64,000 nt of DNA, taken from NCBI GenBank assembly GCA_011322445.1, contig DRMV01000033.1:6671-70670 (forward strand), written 5' to 3'. The notes under the pieces were generated by a model. That model had not been told where the DNA came from. It made no database searches and worked only from the letters and a program-made list of their open reading frames with translations. The stretch is from Chloroflexota bacterium (GTDB taxonomy: Bacteria > Chloroflexota > Anaerolineae > Anaerolineales > DRMV01). Shown one piece after another: positions 31,021-39,992 of this stretch; within the stretch, counting starts at the first letter, position 1; each line of letters starts with the position of its first letter. A program made the position numbers and the translations under genes.

Positions 31021-31912
31021 GTTCGCCTCCTTGAAGCACAGGTTGTGGTGCGACCGCCGCCAGGTACATTCCCACGCCAATCAAGGTGCCGCCCAACACA
31101 AAAGGCCAGGTGACCGCATCGCCCAGCCAGAAGACGCCGACCAAAACCCCTACCACCGGCTGCGCAAAAAAGGTCAGGGCCGCCGTACCACTTTCCAGAT
31201 GAGCGAAAGCGTAATTCCAAAGGAACATAGCCGCCGCGGTCGCGCCCAAGGCCACATAGAAAATGCCCGCCACCGTGCCCCACGAAATGCCTTCCCAACG
31301 CACCTGACCGCTTTGCCACACCGCCAGCGGCAACACCACCGGCAAACCTCCCAGCATTGCGCCCCAACTGACTTGCAGAGTATCCAGCCGGCGGGTCAGT
31401 GCCCGCACCAACACAGAATACAGCGCCCAACCCAACGCCCCCAGCAAAAGCGCCAAATTGCCCAGAAACATCGCATCCAGGCGCGCCTGTCGGGGATCGA
31501 TGACCAGCAGCACCCCCACGGTCGCCACAATCAGCGCCACGGCCTGAGCGCGGCTCAGGCGCTCGTGCAACAACAGAGCGCCAAAAAGCACCACAAAAGC
31601 AGGGGTTGCCGTCGTGACCAACGCGCCATTAGAGGCCGTGGAAAGATGAGTACCGATAAATTGAATGCCCAAGGTCAGGCCAAAGCCCATTGCCCCCACC
31701 GCCAGCACCTCGAACCAGGTGCGCCGGTCCCAGTGGATGCCTCCACGCCACCACACGAAAGGCCATAACACCAGCAACGCCAGCGACAAGCGCACCGTCA
31801 ACAAAACAAACGGTGGCATGACCTCCATGATGACTTTAATGGCAGGGTAAAGACCACCCCAAAAAGCCGAGGCGCCCAACCCCGCCAACACAGCAGTGGT
31901 ACGCGTGGACAT
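31007..31912 (-). CDS. EamA/DMT family transporter
   Basis: 10 TM, FWG, PF.L...R, LLHERL, LGWALYSV, LWNYA, FAQPV. Confidence 0.92.
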   Translation of the reverse strand: MSTRTTAVLAGLGASAFWGGLYPAIKVIMEVMPPFVLLTVRLSLALLVLWPFVWWRGGIHWDRRTWFEVLAVGAMGFGLTLGIQFIGTHLSTASNGALVTTATPAFVVLFGALLLHERLSRAQAVALIVATVGVLLVIDPRQARLDAMFLGNLALLLGALGWALYSVLVRALTRRLDTLQVSWGAMLGGLPVVLPLAVWQSGQVRWEGISWGTVAGIFYVALGATAAAMFLWNYAFAHLESGTAALTFFAQPVVGVLVGVFWLGDAVTWPFVLGGTLIGVGMYLAAVAPQPVLQGGEHARA

Positions 31913-32040
31913 AGCGCAATTGTACCAACAAGAAGCCAGGAAGCAAACAGCCAGAGCGGCATTCACCGTGAAGCGAGGCGCAATGGCATCGTCTCCCACC
32001 AGGCACCCGCAAAGGGAGAAGGCAAGAAGCCATTAAAAGC

Positions 32041-32067
32041 AAAAAGCCCCGCCAGAGGCGAGGCTTC
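32041..32067 (-). terminator. Intrinsic terminator after flp
   Basis: Minus strand AAGCCTCGCC-TCT-GGCGGGGCTTTTT. Confidence 0.7.
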
Positions 32068-32087
32068 GACTGGCCAGACACACCATG

Positions 32088-32234
32088 TTAGATCGCGCTG
32101 ACCACGTTGCTGAACACGTTCCCGATTGCCGGGCCCAAAATGGCCAAAATAGCAATCACAACAATAGCCACCAACACAAGAATCAACGCATACTCTACCA
32201 GGCCCTGGCCTTTCTCTTTCGGAGCAAACAACAT
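32088..32234 (-). CDS. flp: Flp/Fap family (Tad) pilin
   Basis: Manual translation MLFAPKEKGQGLVEYALILVLVAIVVIAILAILGPAIGNVFSNVVSAI (48 aa), G/xxxxEY motif, AAGGAGGTGA RBS; missed by the ORF track. Confidence 0.95.
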   Translation of the reverse strand: MLFAPKEKGQGLVEYALILVLVAIVVIAILAILGPAIGNVFSNVVSAI

Positions 32235-32283
32235 AGCGATTCACCTCCTTTCCGATGGGATGCGCCCCTTGCGGGACGTTTTC

Positions 32284-32313
32284 ATTATACCATACGGTAT
32301 CCGCTTTTGTCAC
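32284..32313 (-). promoter_or_regulatory. Putative sigma70 promoter of flp
   Basis: GTGACA-18nt-TATAAT with extended TG. Confidence 0.55.
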
Positions 32314-32334
32314 CAAAAAAGTTACAATTCCGTT

Positions 32335-33390
32335 TCAATTGACCTGGGGCGCCAGCACCTCAAACACAATCCGGTTTTCGCCATCGTCGTTGCTGACCGT
32401 CATAGTGCCCCCAAGCATTTCGACCCGCTCACGCAGCAAACGCAACCCCATGGGGGCGTTAGGCCCTTCAGTATCGACTTCAAGCAAGTCGCCGTTGTCG
32501 GTCATCTCGACCTTGACCTGGCGCTCATCTAAATCGAGGCGCACAGCCACGCGGGTAGCCTTGCGGTTGTGAATAGCGGTCGAAACCAGTTCCTGAATGG
32601 TACGGAAGACGAACACTTCCAGATAACCCGCATAGCGCCGCTCCTCGCCAAAGATCCGCACTTCAATCTGGGCTTCCCCTTGCTTGCTCAACGTCTCCAA
32701 ATACCGCTTGACGGTGGGCACCAACCCCAGATCATCGAGCATCATGGGGCGCAATTCGAAAATAAACTCGCGCACCTGCTGAAACGTGTGCGCCGCCGCA
32801 GTTTTCAGGGCTTGCAATTCCTGGCGGGCGCTATCAGGGTCTACCTCGAACAAGCGGCTGGCAATCTCGGTTTGCAAGATGAAGTTGGAAAGCGCCTGCG
32901 CGGGGCCATCGTGCATCTGGCGAGAGAGCCGCTGCCGCTCGGCTTCCTGTGCCTGCACCAACATCTCGAGGACAGCCAGCGAATTTTCATTGCCACCCGG
33001 GCGCGCCGAAGGCTGCTGCTCACTGGCCTTTTGCAAAGCCAGCAAAGTCTCTTCAAAACGCCCCAACGCTTCATACACCTGCTGCAACTTCTCCAACTGG
33101 CCGCGCATGATGAGATACCGCTGCTGGGCATCCAACGCGCTTTCGCACGCCGACGCAAGGTCTTCCCACTGCTTGCGCTCGCGCATTTGCTTCACGTAAG
33201 CCACCACCGAGGCGCTTTTTTGACCCAACCGGCTCACCTCGGCCTGGCTCTGTTCCAGCATCAGGGCAACTTCCCGCTGCTCGCGGCGCGTGTCTTCCAA
33301 CGCCTTGCGAATCAACTCGGCAAACGAACCCTCCTGGGCCTGCTCTGCTGCCGGTTTAGGTTGTGCCTCTCCCGCGGGTAACTCATTCAT
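32335..33390 (-). CDS. DegS-like cytoplasmic sensor histidine kinase (HisKA_3)
   Basis: Coiled-coil N-terminus, QEAERQRLSRQMHDGPAQAL, IFELRPMMLDDLGLVP; HATPase motifs divergent. Confidence 0.85.
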   Translation of the reverse strand: MNELPAGEAQPKPAAEQAQEGSFAELIRKALEDTRREQREVALMLEQSQAEVSRLGQKSASVVAYVKQMRERKQWEDLASACESALDAQQRYLIMRGQLEKLQQVYEALGRFEETLLALQKASEQQPSARPGGNENSLAVLEMLVQAQEAERQRLSRQMHDGPAQALSNFILQTEIASRLFEVDPDSARQELQALKTAAAHTFQQVREFIFELRPMMLDDLGLVPTVKRYLETLSKQGEAQIEVRIFGEERRYAGYLEVFVFRTIQELVSTAIHNRKATRVAVRLDLDERQVKVEMTDNGDLLEVDTEGPNAPMGLRLLRERVEMLGGTMTVSNDDGENRIVFEVLAPQVN

Positions 33391-33411
33391 GGCAAGCCTC
33401 CTCCAAAAGCG

Positions 33412-34053
33412 TTAAGCCATCCGCACCCAGCCATGTTGCAAAGCATAAACGGCCGCCTGTGTGCGGTCTTCCAGTTGCAACTTGCGCAAAATCGCCGTAA
33501 CATGATTTTTCACCGTTTGCTCGCTAATACCCAGTTTGCGCGCAATACCTTTGTTGCTCATGCCCTGGGCGAGCAATTGCAACACTTCCATCTCCCGAGG
33601 GGAAAGGGGCAACATCGCCCGCTGGGCATCGAGCCAGGCCGCCCGGGCAGCAGCATCCATCACCTGCTTTTCCACCACATAGCGCCCCGCGGCCACGTGT
33701 CGAATGACCTCGGCCAGCCACGCGGGAGGCACCTCCTTGCTGCAATAAGCCGCCGCGCCTTCAGCCAGGGCCTGGCGCTGCTGCGCCTCATCGTCATACG
33801 CGGTCAGAAGCACAATGCGGGTCGGCAAGCCCTCCTGCCGCGCCCGTCGCACCACATCGTGGCCGTTGAGGTCAGGCAAATTGACATCCACCAATGCCAC
33901 ATCAGGGCGCAAGCGGCGCATGACTTCCAACGCGGCTTCGCCCGAGGCAGCCTCGGCCACCACTTCCAGCCCTTCTTCCAACGAAAGCACATCGTGCACC
34001 CCCCGCCGGAAGACCGGATGGTCGTCTACCACCAAAAGTTTGATCACGGCCAT
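33412..34053 (-). CDS. NarL/DegU-like response regulator (REC + LuxR HTH)
   Basis: VVDDHPVFRRG, DVNLP, LSPREMEVL...SNKGIA..LGISEQTVKNH. Confidence 0.93.
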   Translation of the reverse strand: MAVIKLLVVDDHPVFRRGVHDVLSLEEGLEVVAEAASGEAALEVMRRLRPDVALVDVNLPDLNGHDVVRRARQEGLPTRIVLLTAYDDEAQQRQALAEGAAAYCSKEVPPAWLAEVIRHVAAGRYVVEKQVMDAAARAAWLDAQRAMLPLSPREMEVLQLLAQGMSNKGIARKLGISEQTVKNHVTAILRKLQLEDRTQAAVYALQHGWVRMA

Positions 34054-35594
34054 GCCCAAAGTATAGCACAACTCCCCCGCCAGGCGTACACCGTCATGTG
34101 AGTTCCTCCCAGGCGCGGCCCCCAACCCTGAGAGTTCGCATACAGCGGTGTGAGCCCGGCCGTCAGGTGCGGATACCAATCGGGGAAAGCCACCAACACG
34201 CGCACGTGCTGGCGGTCGAGAAAAGCGCACAACGCCCGCTCATCTCCGATGAACGGGATGACCTCTGGCGAGACCAAACCGGCCATATCTACCAGCGGGA
34301 AGTCGGTAAAATACCCCATTGCGCCAATATCATGCGCTGCTACCACCGTGCCGGCGGGCAAATGGGAAGGCAACCAACGGGCCGCGGCGACCATTTCACT
34401 CTCCACGAAGGCCACGTCGCGAGCATAGGCGCGCGCGCCAATGCCCAGGAAGAGGAGCCCAGCCACCCCCGCGGCCAGTGCCCAGGTACGGGAAAGCGCC
34501 CACGCGGCAGTCAACCGGCCTTCCCAATGAGGCCAGGAAGCCGCCAGCCCGCGCCACCCCCACACCAATAACACCGGCACCACCGGCAGCACATACCGCC
34601 CATGCTGATATGCCACCGGAAGCCGAACCGCATACGCCGCGACGTGCAACCCCGCCCACAGCGGCGCGGCCATCCACGCCCAGCGGCGAGCGCGCACATC
34701 GGCAATCACCTGGGCTATCGCGGGCAACAGCAACACGCCGCCCATGCCCGCCAGCAACGGCGCGCTCACGTGCCCAAAGCGGCGCCACAACGGCCATTGG
34801 CGCAAGATGGCATATTCTGCCTGCTTGGCGTAAAAGGTGTTCGGCCAAATATGCCCCGAAAGCCAGGCATTGAACCCCAAATAGGGCCCAAAAAGCAAAC
34901 CAAACCCCACCCCCAACGCCACGACCTGTCGCGCCCATTGCCCCCACGGTAGCCGCGGCTGCCCTCGCGGCGGACAGCACGCCTGCAACAGCCACGCCGC
35001 CGCCACAGCCGGCAACGCCAACATTGCCTCAGGCCGCAACCAGACCGCCCCCCCCACCGCCGCGCCCCACGCCAGGCCGCCCCAGCGCCGCGCCGCACGG
35101 CCTCCCCAAAGCACCAACGCCGTCATCAGCAGGGCAAACAGGGCTGTTTCCATACCCGAAAGAGCAGCCCAAACCAGGTGCCATGCTCCCGCCACGCTGG
35201 CCCCCACAGCCCACGGCCACCATCCTCCACGCGTCGGCAGCATTGCACGCCACCACGCCCACACCAGCAGCCCCAACGCCGTCAGTGTCACCCAGCCCAG
35301 GGCAGTGCTCCACACCAGCGGCGAAAGCCCAAGCCTCTGCCCCGTGGCCTGCAGCACCACCCACAAAGGTGCCGTCACGCCCGCGGAGGGCACCCCCAGG
35401 CGGTACGCCCACTGCCCCCACGTTGCCAGGTTGCGGGCATAGGTCTGATGAATCCAGGCGTCATCCAGCGGGAAACCCCAGCGGTAAGCCATCTTCGCCG
35501 CGGTGATGAAAACGCCCATCCAAAGCGCCGCCCAAAGGGCGAAAAAGGCTGTTGCGCGCCCCCACGACACTCTCTGGCGATGCGAAGCACTCAC
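34044..35594 (-). CDS. GT-C fold membrane glycosyltransferase-like protein
   Basis: FPLDDAWIHQTYARNL, SGMET, LRPE, DIGAMGY...DMAGL, many TM. Confidence 0.75.
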   Translation of the reverse strand: MSASHRQRVSWGRATAFFALWAALWMGVFITAAKMAYRWGFPLDDAWIHQTYARNLATWGQWAYRLGVPSAGVTAPLWVVLQATGQRLGLSPLVWSTALGWVTLTALGLLVWAWWRAMLPTRGGWWPWAVGASVAGAWHLVWAALSGMETALFALLMTALVLWGGRAARRWGGLAWGAAVGGAVWLRPEAMLALPAVAAAWLLQACCPPRGQPRLPWGQWARQVVALGVGFGLLFGPYLGFNAWLSGHIWPNTFYAKQAEYAILRQWPLWRRFGHVSAPLLAGMGGVLLLPAIAQVIADVRARRWAWMAAPLWAGLHVAAYAVRLPVAYQHGRYVLPVVPVLLVWGWRGLAASWPHWEGRLTAAWALSRTWALAAGVAGLLFLGIGARAYARDVAFVESEMVAAARWLPSHLPAGTVVAAHDIGAMGYFTDFPLVDMAGLVSPEVIPFIGDERALCAFLDRQHVRVLVAFPDWYPHLTAGLTPLYANSQGWGPRLGGTHMTVYAWRGSCAILWAWP

Positions 35595-37210
35595 GGCGCG
35601 GCACCCAACACAAACGCCGGCGTATAGCGGTCAACCATGCCCAGGAATTCCCACGGCGGCGGCACCGTCGGCGGATGACAATAGTAATGATTCAAGGGCC
35701 GCGGGTGGTTGGCTTCCAACACCCAGTAGCGCGCACCATAGCGGCGGGCTACCGCAGCAGCAACGTCAGAACCGCCATCGGGCACGGCCAGGCTGGGGTG
35801 GCCGGTCGCCAACGTGAACCCCGGCGGATTGTTGACCAACACCAACGCATCAGCAGGCACCCCCAACGCCGTCAACCCTTTGCCGTAACGGGCATAAGCC
35901 CGTGCGGGATCATCCCACGTCGGCTCGGTGGGCAATGGCCCAACGACCCGCCGTTGCACAACCAGCACCGAGAGTAACGCCGCTGCGGCTACCAGCCCCC
36001 ACCCCAGCACCGAGAACGCTTCGCTCAAACGCCAACTTCGCCAGCGGGCCAGCGGGCGCAGAAAAACCATCAACCCTGCGGGGGCCACAGCCCACAACAG
36101 CGGCTGCACGGCAGCCCCAGCGTGGAAAAAGCCCCCGCGCGCGCCGGAGAAGGGGAAGACCACGCTCATCAGCAACCACAACAACAACCACATCCCCGCG
36201 CCCACGCGCACGCGCCGATCTTTGCGCCAGCGCCACAGCCCGGCCAGCACCATAGGCAACCACACCACCGCGCCCTGCACCGCCAGCGCCGAAGTTAAAT
36301 TTGTGCCCGCAGCATGAAGTCGTGCGCTCACGATCGCCTTCCAACCCGAAGCCCACCAGTGAGCGAAAGTCAACTGTGAAGCAGGATAAGCGTAAAGTTC
36401 GTTGTAATTCGTCAGCCACAACGTGCGCCACCCGCCCGGTGCGAAAGGCGTGCCAAAGGCCGCCAGGTTGCGCCAGAACCACGACACCATGACCACAGCA
36501 TACCCCAGCAATACTTCCAGGTAAGGGCGCAGGCTACGGCGACGGGCCAGCGCCAAACCGACCCAGGCCGCCAGCAACCACAAAAAGCCTTCCGCACGCG
36601 CCAGATGCATCATCCCGGTCAGCAGCCCCAATACCAAAGGCTGCCAGCGCGCCAGGCGCCTTCCCAACAACCGGCTACCCGCCCGCAGCGGATGCAAGGC
36701 ATCGGCCAGGTGCAGGGCTTCCGGCCAACCCAGCACCAAAAAGAACAGCGCGCCCAACACCATCAGCAGGGTAAAAGTGTCAGGCACGGCCAGATACGGC
36801 AAGTAAAAACCCGAGGCCACGGCCAGCCCGCCGCTCAACAGCGCCAGAGCGCGCTTGCGGGTCAGACGAAACGCCAACAACGCCGTGAGGGGCGGCACCA
36901 ACAAAGCCAGGGCGAAAAACGGCCAGCGAGCCGCAGCAAACCCGCCGTGCCCTGCCACGCGGATGCCCCACGCCGCGACCAACGCCGCCAACGGCTGCCA
37001 GTAAGCAAAGCCAGGGTGCGGCACCCCTTTCGGGTCATCAAGGTAATTCCACAAAAATGGCTCCGCCGCCGTGCCGTGCGCAAGCTGCTGCCCCATCAGC
37101 GTGTAATAATCGGCATCCATATAACCGGGGCTGTGCTGAAACATGGCGACACCAGCCAGCACCAGGGCTTCCAGCACCATCAAAAGCACCCAATCGCGCA
37201 GTTTCATCAT
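35591..37210 (-). CDS. GT-C fold (GT39/ArnT/PMT-like) membrane glycosyltransferase
   Basis: MDADYY in first loop, YWQPL, HLARAEG, W.WRN...FG, many TM. Confidence 0.72.
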   Translation of the reverse strand: MMKLRDWVLLMVLEALVLAGVAMFQHSPGYMDADYYTLMGQQLAHGTAAEPFLWNYLDDPKGVPHPGFAYWQPLAALVAAWGIRVAGHGGFAAARWPFFALALLVPPLTALLAFRLTRKRALALLSGGLAVASGFYLPYLAVPDTFTLLMVLGALFFLVLGWPEALHLADALHPLRAGSRLLGRRLARWQPLVLGLLTGMMHLARAEGFLWLLAAWVGLALARRRSLRPYLEVLLGYAVVMVSWFWRNLAAFGTPFAPGGWRTLWLTNYNELYAYPASQLTFAHWWASGWKAIVSARLHAAGTNLTSALAVQGAVVWLPMVLAGLWRWRKDRRVRVGAGMWLLLWLLMSVVFPFSGARGGFFHAGAAVQPLLWAVAPAGLMVFLRPLARWRSWRLSEAFSVLGWGLVAAAALLSVLVVQRRVVGPLPTEPTWDDPARAYARYGKGLTALGVPADALVLVNNPPGFTLATGHPSLAVPDGGSDVAAAVARRYGARYWVLEANHPRPLNHYYCHPPTVPPPWEFLGMVDRYTPAFVLGAAP

Positions 37211-38757
37211 CGCCTCCCGAAAATCAACAAGCCGCGACTTCCGTAAATATCGGTTGGGAAGTCGGCCAAAAGGGCGTATTCCTGCCAAAACCACGGCTGC
37301 GAAAGCAAACTCTTGCGGCCGTACACTTCCAGAATGACAATGTAATCGGGTTGGTTGTCACGAATCAGGCGCGCCGGCACGGCATAGTTGATGACGTAAT
37401 CTGAAGCCGGCAAAGGGAAGTAAGCCAGCGTTTCCGGGCTGTTCAGCCCCGCCAGGTCGAGGATGCGTGCGCCCGTATCATAGCCCAGCACCCCCACGTC
37501 GCCGGCGGCAATGGTCACCGCCAAAGGGTCCGGCTGCAACCGGGGAGCCAGGAAACGCGCCGCCTGGTGGTAAAGCAATTCCAGGCGATACCAGGCCATG
37601 CTGGGTGCAGGTGCGAGGCGGCCATGACTGGGATGCCATTGCCAGGTTGAGAGCGGCACCACCAACGGCACCAAAAAAGCCACACTCAGGAAAGCAAAGC
37701 GCACGCGCGGGCGCCGCAACGCTTTCCCCACCACCCATACGCCAGCCAAGATACCGAAAAAGTAAGGCGGCAAAGGGGGCGTAAGATACCAGCGAAAAAT
37801 CAAGGGGTTAGCAAGGGCAAAAGCCGCAAAATACACCACCGGGAAAGCCATCCACGGCCACAGGCGCGCCTCACGCCGCACCAGCCAGCGTGCACCTACC
37901 ACGAAAAGCGTCGGCCACAACACCAGCCCCACGGCAATGAAAGCCGGGGAAAGCCAGGTCTGCAACAAAAACGGCGTGGCGTAATGCTGCAACAGCCGCA
38001 CCAGCGCCGCATTGGCCGATTGCCGGTACACCAACTGCTTGGCAACCATCGAATGCGGCAGCCAGGCGCCGTAATAAATGCGCGCAAAAACCAGCCAGCC
38101 ACCCACCAGCAGTCCCCCCGGCAGCCAGGCCCGCCACCAGCGCCACCACGCAACCCAAGGGCTTCCACCTCGGCAGCGCGCCTGCTGCCACCCTCGCCAC
38201 AGGTCGTCGGCGAACACCAGCAACCCCAGCAACAACGCATCGGGACGCGTCAAAAAAGCCAGCGCGCCGGCAACAAACGCCCATTCGCGCTTTCCCACCA
38301 CATAAGCATAGACCATTGCCGTCAAAAGGAAAACGTACACGCTGGTTTCCATCCCCCCAATGGCAAATGTCACACTCCACGGTGCCACCGCCCAGGCCAG
38401 GGCGAAAACATATCCCACCTCAGGCACACGCAGCCGACGGGCCAACCGCATCACCAGCAAGGCCGTAGCAGCATCGGCCAGGGCATTCGTTCCCCACGCC
38501 AGCCAGGGGAAAGGCGCCTGTGTGCCACCGCTGAACACGCCCAGCAAAGCCATCCAGAGCGCATAAAGTGGCGTCGTCGTGCCCAAGACGTGCTGGCCGG
38601 GGTTATACACCAACCCCCACCCCGCCAACAGATTACGGGCATAGCGAAAAGTAATGAACGCGTCGTCAATGGTGCGCGGGCCGGGCACCAGCCGGAAGAC
38701 CAACACAACGCCCGCCAGCAGCCACGGCAACCCTCGCCTCCATCGACTGCGGTTCAT
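37207..38757 (-). CDS. GT-C fold membrane glycosyltransferase-like protein
   Basis: IDDAFITFRYARNL..G.GLVYN, GTTTPLY, GGMET, LTRPD, GDVGVLGY..DLAGL. Confidence 0.78.
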   Translation of the reverse strand: MNRSRWRRGLPWLLAGVVLVFRLVPGPRTIDDAFITFRYARNLLAGWGLVYNPGQHVLGTTTPLYALWMALLGVFSGGTQAPFPWLAWGTNALADAATALLVMRLARRLRVPEVGYVFALAWAVAPWSVTFAIGGMETSVYVFLLTAMVYAYVVGKREWAFVAGALAFLTRPDALLLGLLVFADDLWRGWQQARCRGGSPWVAWWRWWRAWLPGGLLVGGWLVFARIYYGAWLPHSMVAKQLVYRQSANAALVRLLQHYATPFLLQTWLSPAFIAVGLVLWPTLFVVGARWLVRREARLWPWMAFPVVYFAAFALANPLIFRWYLTPPLPPYFFGILAGVWVVGKALRRPRVRFAFLSVAFLVPLVVPLSTWQWHPSHGRLAPAPSMAWYRLELLYHQAARFLAPRLQPDPLAVTIAAGDVGVLGYDTGARILDLAGLNSPETLAYFPLPASDYVINYAVPARLIRDNQPDYIVILEVYGRKSLLSQPWFWQEYALLADFPTDIYGSRGLLIFGRR

Positions 38758-39992
38758 TCCAACAATGCCTCCGGCGAAAGCACCACCGGTGCGCGGCTCG
38801 CCCACCAACGCACAGTATACAGCAAGACCCACACCACCAGCGGTTCAAAGAAACACATCCCCACCGACGCGCACACCCCACTGGCCGAAAACAACCGTCC
38901 TCCCCAGAACAGCCACGGCAACACCCAAAACACAGCCAGCGTCAGGGCAGCCGCCAGGCGACCATACGTTTTCCAGCGACTGCTCCAATACGCCCACACC
39001 CACAAAAGGGGCAACAAAAGCAGCACCTGGTCAGCCGGGACCACCCGTCCGCCGATCAACAAAGAGCCCACCACCGTCAACGCCGTCGTCCAGGCAGCCT
39101 GATAGGCCGACTGTCCCCACGAAGCCGCCCATTCGGTCAGCACCGCGACGGCCACGACGGCAATCAACAGCCAGCCCACCTGCCGCCCCACCCCCGGCAC
39201 AGCATGCACCAAAGCCAGGCGTGGCGAAGCCGCGGCTTTGAACCGCCACAGCACGAAAGCCATTTCCAGCCCCCAGGAAGGCAAAAGCCAAAACGCCAGC
39301 ACGAGCATGACCGTCATGCCCCCCCAGAACCCCCGCCACAAGCGCCACCGCCGCCGTGAAGCCGACCACAGCAGCAAAAACAGCGCAGGGTAAAGCGCCA
39401 CGCCGGGTTTGATCAGCGCCAGCGCCAGCGCAACCCCCGCCAGGTCGTCGCGGCCATCGAGCAGCGCAGCGAGAGCCACCATCAGCAACAACAAAACCAA
39501 CACTGCCACATCGGCGCGTCGCAAGGCCACCACGGCAAAATAGCCCGTCAATGCAAAAGCCCCCAACACAACCGCACCGCTGCCGCCCAATCGCCAGCGC
39601 AAACTACGGGCAGCCAGCGCCACCACAGCCACCATCGCCAACACCGACCCCCACATCGCCCAGATGCGAGCGACGGCAAAATCTTTCAGCAACGCCAAAG
39701 GCGCAAACAACACCAGCGCCATGGGGAACGGGTAAGGCTGCGGGGCAACCGCGAAACCATCGCGTTGCGACCAGCCATACAGCAGCGCCAGGCGGTGGTA
39801 GGGGTCTTCCCCGCCGATGAGGAAAGCCCGCATCGCCTCCCAGGGATAACGCAACGTCTCACCGCCGGGCCAGCGATGCACCACCCACGCGCTGAGTGCA
39901 TACACCCCCACCAGGGCCACCACAGCCCCCGCAACCACCATGAGCAGGCGAAACACCCCCGCCCGCACGGTGCGCGGCTCTCCTCTCATCAT
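38754..39992 (-). CDS. GT87/DUF2029-like membrane glycosyltransferase
   Basis: G.DPY, PYPFP..L.FAPLALL, D.LAG..LALALIKP. Confidence 0.7.
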   Translation of the reverse strand: MMRGEPRTVRAGVFRLLMVVAGAVVALVGVYALSAWVVHRWPGGETLRYPWEAMRAFLIGGEDPYHRLALLYGWSQRDGFAVAPQPYPFPMALVLFAPLALLKDFAVARIWAMWGSVLAMVAVVALAARSLRWRLGGSGAVVLGAFALTGYFAVVALRRADVAVLVLLLLMVALAALLDGRDDLAGVALALALIKPGVALYPALFLLLWSASRRRWRLWRGFWGGMTVMLVLAFWLLPSWGLEMAFVLWRFKAAASPRLALVHAVPGVGRQVGWLLIAVVAVAVLTEWAASWGQSAYQAAWTTALTVVGSLLIGGRVVPADQVLLLLPLLWVWAYWSSRWKTYGRLAAALTLAVFWVLPWLFWGGRLFSASGVCASVGMCFFEPLVVWVLLYTVRWWASRAPVVLSPEALLE

